Source: Candidatus Omnitrophota bacterium
GTDB lineage: Bacteria; Omnitrophota; Gorgyraeia; B26-G9
Length of the DNA stretch: 64,000 bases
NCBI GenBank assembly: GCA_018817165.1
Contig: JAHITY010000099.1
Span: 391 to 64,390, forward strand
Reading direction: 5' to 3'
Below, piece by piece: positions 57,153 to 64,000 of the stretch. A program made the translations under genes and the position numbers. Position 1 is the first letter of the stretch. Each line of letters opens with the position of its first letter. The notes beneath the pieces are model-generated. The model ran no database searches. It was given only the letters and a program-made list of their open reading frames with translations, and was not told the origin of the DNA.

Positions 57153-58667
57153 ATGAAATATTTTAGAAAAATAACGAATATAATTCTGTTTTTTCTCCTG
57201 ATAGTTTTTTCTAGTGTATCAGCGCAATGCAGCGATCTATATTCTGCGCAGAATATAAATAGAGAAAATTTAGCGCCGAGTCTTTATATTCAAGCAAGGG
57301 ATATTCAGGCATTGTTTGCAGTTTATGAACAACCTGGAATTCTTGATGGAATGACGATATTGCGGTTTTCCTCTTATTATGATTTGACCGGGGGGACAGA
57401 GGTTCATATTCAGAATCTTAATGCCGCGCTTTTACGGCGCAATGATATGAAAATTATTCAGATGTATATTACTGTACGTGAAGATAATGAAGATATTCAG
57501 CAAATAAAGATTGGCAGGGGAACTCTGGTGAAAGCGCCTGTTTTATCATGGCTGAAAACCAGAGGTATTGAAACAGTGCAGGCGTCTTCGGCGGGGGGGA
57601 TGTTATATTCAATGGGGAAAAAGGTTTTGAAAAAGCTTAAGGTGACGGATATTCTTAAGTACTGGTTGCAGACGACGCGGTTTATGCCGATTCTTACTAG
57701 GTTGCCGATGTCAGGACAATTTTACCATGAAACAGGGCGGACATCAAATTATACGGGAGTAAAAGAAAAAATTCAGCAGGTTCTTGATTCTCAGCAGGTT
57801 GATTTTGTTATGATTCATACTATAGGCGCAAGTGAGTCAGGAATTATTATAGAGGCGGCAAAAGCCCGGGGCATTCCTGTTTTAGTTCAGAATCATTTGG
57901 ACAATACAGTATTTAATGATGTTGCCGCGCGGAGTCGGTTAAAAAATGTGACGGCGGTTGGCGGAGTAAGTCAGCGTAATGTTCCCTCTTTTTTGCAGGC
58001 GGTTTTCAGTTATCTAGGCAATGGGATTGATACGAAGTTTTTTTCCCGGGATGCTTCAGGAATTATTCCTAAAAAGTTTGATAAACCAGTTGTTTTTCTG
58101 CCGGGCAGAATTGATCCGAATAAGGGGCATCTTGATTTGGTGGAAATCGCATATGATTTGCATATCGAAGGGATTGACGTAAAAGTGGTTTTTGCCGGAC
58201 GTGCTGATAATCTGGATTTTTGCGAGGAGATCAAGTCCTTGGCAAAAAAATATGGTATTGCTGATAATGTAATTTTTGCCGGAGAGTTGACGCAGAAAGA
58301 ATTACGTGATTATTATTTTTCCAGTGATGTTGTTGTTTTGCCGTCACAATCCGAAGGTATTCCTCGCGTATTACTTGAAGCGCAGGCAATGGAGGTGCCC
58401 GTCATTGCTTATGATGTCGGCGGTGTTTCCGATGCGATTGGAAGCGGAAAAACAGGATATATAGTACCGGTGAATAATAAGGGATTATTTGCAAGGTCAC
58501 TGAAGAGGGTGCTTCAAGATAATGATTTATCAACTGAGATGGGAAAAGCCGGAAAAGATTTTGTTGAAAATAATTTTTCGCTGTCTGCCTTGGCATCACG
58601 GCATGAGAAATTTTATATCACCAAGCATGCCGTATCTATCAATCGCTGGCTTCAGCAGTCACTATAG
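57153..58667 (+). CDS. Glycosyltransferase family 4 (GT-B fold) with an N-terminal signal/anchor
   Basis: C-terminal VVLPSQSEGIPRVLLEAQAMEVPVIAYDVGGVSDAIGSGKTGYIV (E-x7-E motif). Confidence 0.75.
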   Translation: MKYFRKITNIILFFLLIVFSSVSAQCSDLYSAQNINRENLAPSLYIQARDIQALFAVYEQPGILDGMTILRFSSYYDLTGGTEVHIQNLNAALLRRNDMKIIQMYITVREDNEDIQQIKIGRGTLVKAPVLSWLKTRGIETVQASSAGGMLYSMGKKVLKKLKVTDILKYWLQTTRFMPILTRLPMSGQFYHETGRTSNYTGVKEKIQQVLDSQQVDFVMIHTIGASESGIIIEAAKARGIPVLVQNHLDNTVFNDVAARSRLKNVTAVGGVSQRNVPSFLQAVFSYLGNGIDTKFFSRDASGIIPKKFDKPVVFLPGRIDPNKGHLDLVEIAYDLHIEGIDVKVVFAGRADNLDFCEEIKSLAKKYGIADNVIFAGELTQKELRDYYFSSDVVVLPSQSEGIPRVLLEAQAMEVPVIAYDVGGVSDAIGSGKTGYIVPVNNKGLFARSLKRVLQDNDLSTEMGKAGKDFVENNFSLSALASRHEKFYITKHAVSINRWLQQSL

Positions 58668-58897
58668 GTTTTGGGCTTATGGGCCTCTCCTGATTTAATA
58701 TCTTCATGTTTTTTTACAGTTTTCATTTTCAATTAGGGAATTCAATTCCTGAGCAGGTAACAATTTTTTCGTTAAAAACGCTTGACACCCACACAAACGT
58801 GTGGTTATATAAAAGTATAACAAAATAGATAAATTAAGACATGATATAAGGCGAATTGTGATATTAATAATTTTGCTAAGCATGGGGGAACTTAATT

Positions 58898-59779
58898 TTG
58901 ACAAAGAGTATTTCTATTGATAGCCCTAAATATCCTAAATTGCTGAAGCTGATTCCAGCTGCTCCGAAAAGACTTTATTATAAAGGGGTTTGGGATGAAA
59001 ATATTTTTTCCCAGTGCTTGGCAGTTGTCGGCGCCCGCAGAATGACCCGCTATGGCAAACATATAACAGATCTGCTTGTATCGGAATTAGCCGCAGTTGG
59101 AATAACGATTGTTTCTGGCTTTATGTATGGAATTGACGCGGCAGCGCATCAAGCGGCAGTTAATATTCAAGGTCGGACAATTGCTTGTATGCCGTGCGGC
59201 ATTGAGATTATTCACCCGGCATATCAGAAAAAATTATATGAGCAGATATTGGACAATCATGGATTGATTGTATCGGAATATGAAGGAAATTTCCCTCCGG
59301 ATAAATGGACATATCCCCGCCGTAATAGAATAGTGGCCGGATTATCATCCGCGACAATGGTGGTTGAAGCTGGTCAGAAAAGCGGTTCAATGATTACTGC
59401 GGACTTGACTGCTAAGTTTGAGCGGAAACTTTTTGCTGTGCCGGGAATGCTTACCAGTGTTTTATCCAAAGGTCCGATGCAATTAATAAAACAAGGAGCA
59501 CAGATTGTAACATCTGCTGCTGATATTATGGATTTTTATGGAATCAGCGCGCGAGGATTCGCGGAAGATCTTTCAATAAGCAGTTCCAGCCAATTACAGC
59601 AGAGTATCCTAACAGAGCTTAAGTATGAGCCTATGGATATAGACATATTATCCTACAAATTAAGCACTTCAATTCCGCAGGTAAGCATGGAAATTTCATT
59701 GCTGCAGTTAAAAGGTTTAATTATCGAAGAAGCCGGAAAGTATAATCTAAATATTAAGAGGCAGATAAATGTTAGTTAA
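58898..59779 (+). CDS. dprA: DNA processing protein DprA (Smf)
   Basis: GARRMTRYGKHITDLLVSELAAVGITIVSGFMYGIDAAAHQAA Rossmann-like DprA core plus C-terminal wH. Confidence 0.8.
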   Translation: MTKSISIDSPKYPKLLKLIPAAPKRLYYKGVWDENIFSQCLAVVGARRMTRYGKHITDLLVSELAAVGITIVSGFMYGIDAAAHQAAVNIQGRTIACMPCGIEIIHPAYQKKLYEQILDNHGLIVSEYEGNFPPDKWTYPRRNRIVAGLSSATMVVEAGQKSGSMITADLTAKFERKLFAVPGMLTSVLSKGPMQLIKQGAQIVTSAADIMDFYGISARGFAEDLSISSSSQLQQSILTELKYEPMDIDILSYKLSTSIPQVSMEISLLQLKGLIIEEAGKYNLNIKRQINVS

Positions 59780-61295
59780 GGTATGTTCAGTTTCCAATTC
59801 AGGGCTTAAAACAATTGGGATTGAAGTAGAAGTAAATGTTGCTTCACGCGGTTTGCCGGCACTAGAGATTGTTGGTTTACCGAGCAAAGCAGTTGCGGAA
59901 AGTAAAGAGCGGGTAAAGACAGCAATAGTAAATTCCCAATTAAGTTTTCCGCAGCGCAGGATCATTATTAATCTGGCGCCGGCTGATGTACCCAAAGAAG
60001 GTTCCTGTTATGATTTGCCGATTGCTGTTGGGATTTTAAGTTCAGGGCTAGAATGCGGTTTACCACAAAGAAGTTTGTTTTTCGGAGAGCTTTCTTTGGA
60101 TGGGAGTTTACGTCACACTAAGGGAGCTTTATTATTGGCTTTATTTGCTAAAGAAAATGATTTTGTGAATGTGTTTGTACCTAAAGCTTCAGCAAACGAA
60201 GCGGCAATTGTTAAGGGAGTAAATGTTTATCCGGTAGAGAGCTTAAATCAACTGATAAAGCATTTTTCCGGGTTAATTCAGATAATGCCTACAGAATATC
60301 GAGAATCTTCTCAGGATAAATTTGATGCTGAGTTTAATATGTCGGAAGTTTTGGGTCAGGAGCAGGCCAAGAGAGCTTTGGAAATTTCGGCAGCCGGAGG
60401 GCATAATTTTTTAATGGTTGGCAGTCCAGGAGCAGGTAAGACAATGTTAGCGCGGGCATTGCCCGGGATATTACCTCCTTTGAGTGAAAAAGAGTCTTTG
60501 GAGGTGACTAAGATTTTTTCAGCTTCCGGCAGAATACCTCCGGAAGGTTCTTTGGTCAGGACAAGGCCGTTTCGGGCGCCGCATCATACTGTTTCACAGG
60601 TGGGACTGACCGGAGGGGGAACAAAGCCTCAGCCCGGAGAAATAAGTTTAGCGCATCGTGGTGTATTGTTTTTGGATGAATTCAATGAGTTTCCTCGCAG
60701 TGTGCTTGAAGCTTTGCGCCAGCCAATGGAAGACGGTCGGTTGACTATTTCCCGCAGCCAGCAAAGAGTTGAATATCCAGCCCGGTTTATTTTGGCTGCC
60801 TCAGCCAATCCTTGTCCTTGCGGATACTTAGATCATCCCAAACGAGCTTGTCTGTGTACGGAGCGGGAAATAGAAAAATACCGTAAGCGTGTTTCCGGCC
60901 CTTTATTAGACAGGATCGACCTGCATATAAAAGTTCCGGTAGTGGATATAGAAGAGTTAGCGCGCTTTGAACCGCTTAAAAAAAGACAAACTACTTCGGA
61001 TGAAATACGCGTTAGAGTGATTCAAGCTCGGCAGGTCCAACAGGAGCGGTTTAGTGAGGATGGAATTCATACTAATGCGGAAATGAAAAATAAACAAATC
61101 GCAAAATATTGTGTTTTGTCAAAACCAGTAAAACAGCTATTGGTTCAAGCAGGACAAAAGTTTCATTTATCTGCCCGCTCATACTATAAAATGGTAAAAG
61201 TAGCGCGGACTATTGCGGACCTGGATAAATCAGATGAAATCAATATTGCTCATATGGCGGAAGCTTTGCAATATCGCTTGAGAATTAAACTATGA
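59769..61295 (+). CDS. comM: YifB/ComM-family Mg-chelatase-like AAA+ ATPase
   Basis: N-terminal Lon-like domain (SVSNSGLKTIGIEVEV), Walker A GSPGAGKTM, Walker B/arginine finger region, C-terminal ChlI-like. Confidence 0.85.
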   Translation: MLVKVCSVSNSGLKTIGIEVEVNVASRGLPALEIVGLPSKAVAESKERVKTAIVNSQLSFPQRRIIINLAPADVPKEGSCYDLPIAVGILSSGLECGLPQRSLFFGELSLDGSLRHTKGALLLALFAKENDFVNVFVPKASANEAAIVKGVNVYPVESLNQLIKHFSGLIQIMPTEYRESSQDKFDAEFNMSEVLGQEQAKRALEISAAGGHNFLMVGSPGAGKTMLARALPGILPPLSEKESLEVTKIFSASGRIPPEGSLVRTRPFRAPHHTVSQVGLTGGGTKPQPGEISLAHRGVLFLDEFNEFPRSVLEALRQPMEDGRLTISRSQQRVEYPARFILAASANPCPCGYLDHPKRACLCTEREIEKYRKRVSGPLLDRIDLHIKVPVVDIEELARFEPLKKRQTTSDEIRVRVIQARQVQQERFSEDGIHTNAEMKNKQIAKYCVLSKPVKQLLVQAGQKFHLSARSYYKMVKVARTIADLDKSDEINIAHMAEALQYRLRIKL

Positions 61296-61660
61296 ATGTA
61301 GGTAAAACGAATAAATCAAAAACAGGCATGATCGGAGAAAATATAGCTAGAAAATTTCTCCAGAAAAAAGGATACACGATTGTTGAGCAGAATTTTCGCA
61401 CAAAATATTCAGAGATGGATCTGGTTGTAAAGAAAAAAGATTTGCTGGTTTTTGTCGAAGTAAGAACCAAAACCAATGAATATTTCGGCTCGCCGGAGCA
61501 AACAATAAATAAAGACAAAATTAATCGGCTTATTCGCAGCGCTCAGGCTTATGTTGCATACAATAAATATTCCGGAAACTATAGAATTGATGCTGTGTGT
61601 ATTGTACTTAATCCAGATGATTCTCCCCAACGCATTTCGCATTATCAATCAATAACCTAA
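61292..61660 (+). CDS. yraN: YraN-family (UPF0102) endonuclease
   Basis: GENIARKFLQKKGYTIVEQNFR...EMDLVVKKKDLLVFVEVRTK matches the YraN/UPF0102 pattern. Confidence 0.7.
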   Translation: MNVGKTNKSKTGMIGENIARKFLQKKGYTIVEQNFRTKYSEMDLVVKKKDLLVFVEVRTKTNEYFGSPEQTINKDKINRLIRSAQAYVAYNKYSGNYRIDAVCIVLNPDDSPQRISHYQSIT

Positions 61661-62404
61661 TAAGGGACACAATACTTAATTCATTGAAATAAAGGTCAAA
61701 AAAATAAGGGAAGGTCATGGCACGTATTGCGCGAGTAGTTGCTCCGAAGTATCCGCACCATATTGTTCAGAGGGGAAATAGACGACAGAAAGTATTCTTT
61801 TTGCAAGAAGATTATGAGTTGTATCTGCGTTTGCTAAAATTTTATTCTCAAAAGTTTAATCTAAAAGTAGTTAGTTATTGTCTAATGCCGAATCATGTGC
61901 ATTTAATAGTTATCCCAGAGCAAAAGCAAAGCCTCGCCCAAGCAATTGGTGAAACTCATAGAAATTATACAACAATAATAAATAAGAGAGAACTGTGGAC
62001 GGGATATTTATGGCAGGGCAGATTTTATTCACATGTGCTAGATGAACGATATCTAATAGCTGCAGTGCGATATGTCTTACTTAATCCAGTTAGAGCAAGC
62101 TTGGTAGGTAAAGCAAAAGATTATGCGTGGTCAAGTATAAAAATACATCTAAAAAAACAAAAGAATAGTTTGGTTAAAGATGATTTATTGCAAGAAATTA
62201 TAACAGACTGGCATAATCTTCTTGCAAATGCTGAGGATGAAGACATTAGTCAGAAAATAAGAAAGCATTCTAGAACAGGCAGGCCTTTAGGAGGGCAGGG
62301 GTTTGTAAAAGAACTGGAAGAACAGCTTAATATTAAACTGGCTAAGCAAAAACCAGGGAGAAAAACCCGTACTTAATAAGCAATTAAGTATTGTGTCCCC
62401 TTAT
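61661..62404 (+). mobile_element. REP-associated tyrosine transposase (RAYT / IS200-like Y1 HuH) unit: gene 61717-62376 flanked by 22-bp inverted repeats TAAGGGACACAATACTTAATTC (61661-61682) and GAATTAAGTATTGTGTCCCCTTA (62382-62404)
   Basis: YPHHIVQRGNRRQKVFF...YCLMPNHVHLIVIP...RYVLLNPVRA closely matches E. coli RAYT (YPHHVVQRGNNRQ..CLMTNHVHLLLTP..RYIELNPVRA); flanking inverted repeats match 21 of 22. Confidence 0.85.
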
Positions 62405-62432
62405 ATCAAAAAGGGAAGTTTGTTATATGGAA

Positions 62433-63890
62433 TTATATGGAACGCTCTACAGCAAAATTTCTCTTTAAACCAGGATCTCTTATTTTTCTTGCCGGAGGTT
62501 TTATTATTACTTGGTAATTTTTTTCCAGTTCCAATAATTCATCGATGCGTGAAAAGGCTGCTTTCTCTATGTTTTTATTTTCCTCAGAATTAAGCGGAAC
62601 TAGATAATACGGAACGATTCCTCGTAAACTCAGGTCATCTCCATATTCACCTGTATTTGCAAGTAATAAGCGTGTCATAGCCTGTTTATTTGTTAAGAAA
62701 GTGTGAACTTCTTTTTTGAGTTTTTTTTCAGATTTCTTAATCTGCAAGAGTGACTCTTGAACCCCTTGCTGATATGCCTGATGAAAAATGCCTGTAGGTT
62801 CCACGGACATTAAAAGAACTCTATTACCTCCTAACAGTCCCCCCCTGTACTCCCGGTATATTTTCTCAAAGTCTTCAAAGCTTTTAATGTTAGAAAATCC
62901 TTTTCCAAAAATCGCCTCCATGTCTATGGGAACCAAATCTTCGTTTTCTGAGAGAAGAATATTATTAAAAGTTATATCGGATAATCCAAGAATATAAAAC
63001 ATAGGTAAGAGCTTTCCCAACATTCGAGCTTGTTTTTCACTGCGAATTTTTCCAGGGAATTCTGGCGCTTGTGTAATATACTCTACAAATGCATAATCTC
63101 CAAAATTGTCGTGGAATACATGGACGGGAGCAGTGTGTTTGTAGCCCATGGTATTGATGAGGTCAGCTGCTGCTTTTTCGCTTGATACGCCACTAAAAGG
63201 TTTGTAAATAAATGGAATGATATTACCTTGCTCATCTTTAAAAAGAAGCTTACGCACAAAATCTATAATATATTTATTTTGCTTATCTCTTAACATGTTT
63301 CGTATTATAAATCGGCCAAAATAGTCAATTTTTGACTCCAAGTCTTCTTCCCAAGAAGACGAAAGAGGAACTCTATCAACTCGTCCTAAGTAATATTTTG
63401 AGCGTTTTTTTATTTCACTATTGTATTTTTCCCAGAAATTAAAACCAAATACTTTTGTTCTGGTATCTTGAAAAATTGCATCCATATCATCGAATGACAT
63501 GGGAACATGTCCCATATCTATAGAAATCCCATCCACGTCAGAATTCAAGATATTGGGTTCTAAGAGTAAATGTTTATTGGCATTGCTGAGTTCCTCTATT
63601 CCAATATAGGTAACTTTCTTGCCGAATATATCATCGAATATATTAGCTTCAAGGGCTGAAGCAATTCTCTTGAGGAAAATATCTTGCTGCTGAAGCGGTG
63701 GAATGCTTGTATGATTTCTGTTTGGATAAGAAAATTCTCTAAAAGAATTTTGAAACAGGTTAGTATCACACACTATTTTAGAAGATAATGCAAAGCTCTG
63801 TCTGACAAATGCACAAGAAAACGCAGCGCATAATATTACGGTCAGAAATTTTAAAATAATTTTATTGTTTTGGGAGTAGTATATGTTCAT
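62433..63890 (-). CDS. Secreted hypothetical protein, possibly with a PI3/PI4-kinase-like (atypical kinase) catalytic core
   Basis: Signal peptide; YILGLSDITFNNILLSENEDLVPIDMEAIFG resembles the ILGxGDRHxxNILL...IDFG catalytic and activation loops, but DRH is replaced by DIT. Confidence 0.3.
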   Translation of the reverse strand: MNIYYSQNNKIILKFLTVILCAAFSCAFVRQSFALSSKIVCDTNLFQNSFREFSYPNRNHTSIPPLQQQDIFLKRIASALEANIFDDIFGKKVTYIGIEELSNANKHLLLEPNILNSDVDGISIDMGHVPMSFDDMDAIFQDTRTKVFGFNFWEKYNSEIKKRSKYYLGRVDRVPLSSSWEEDLESKIDYFGRFIIRNMLRDKQNKYIIDFVRKLLFKDEQGNIIPFIYKPFSGVSSEKAAADLINTMGYKHTAPVHVFHDNFGDYAFVEYITQAPEFPGKIRSEKQARMLGKLLPMFYILGLSDITFNNILLSENEDLVPIDMEAIFGKGFSNIKSFEDFEKIYREYRGGLLGGNRVLLMSVEPTGIFHQAYQQGVQESLLQIKKSEKKLKKEVHTFLTNKQAMTRLLLANTGEYGDDLSLRGIVPYYLVPLNSEENKNIEKAAFSRIDELLELEKNYQVIIKPPARKIRDPGLKRNFAVERSI

Positions 63891-64000
63891 AACTTATTGC
63901 TTTCAGGTAAAATACGATAATAATAAAGATTTTAAAGTTTACCATATTATAGGGTAGTGTGCAAGGGAAAGGGGGGAATGTGTCAAGCCAAAGTAAGAAT

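Overview
This 64 kb window comes from a low-GC (roughly 35-40% GC, by eye) bacterial genome, probably an anaerobe. It reads as standard genetic code with strong AGGAGG-type ribosome-binding sites, and almost every gene is on the + strand. The first 22 kb is an accessory defense and toxin-antitoxin island. It holds a Type II restriction-modification (R-M) module (RHH regulator, C5-MTase, PD-(D/E)xK/DUF3883-like nuclease, second C5-MTase, and a decayed Nth/MutY-type glycosylase remnant). Next come a PIN-like DUF4935 gene, two tandem AbiEi/AbiEii pairs each with a variable third gene (a SWIM zinc-finger protein or a 197-aa unknown), and a HipBA module. These modules are separated by small minus-strand ParB-HTH-like minigenes and conserved hairpin repeats. 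A 1329-aa signal-anchored protein with a nucleotidyltransferase motif sits between two ~330-bp direct repeats that fold with a covarying closing helix. A Fur-family regulator with Zur-like palindromic boxes precedes a PTPS/QueD-like gene. The remaining 42 kb is mostly metabolic, efflux and housekeeping genes. These are ackA with a degenerate ack-like paralog; a MATE pump; a ferredoxin / membrane protein / Tat-exported FrdA-like flavoprotein set; a TetR-controlled TolC-HlyD-ABC-2 exporter; an Rrf2(NsrR-like)-hcp pair; a giant cell-surface S8 subtilase; an MlaB/E-F-D-lipoprotein system; a sulfatase; a GT4 glycosyltransferase; and dprA-comM-yraN. A REP-associated tyrosine transposase (RAYT/IS200-like) flanked by 22-bp inverted repeats lies at 61.7-62.4 kb. 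Recurring features are several hairpin-repeat families, three segments bracketed by direct repeats (including a 77-bp duplication of a gene 3' end, att-like), and gene remnants (katG tail, glycosylase tail, a HAD hydrolase with an in-frame TAG). No rRNA, tRNA or CRISPR array was recognised.
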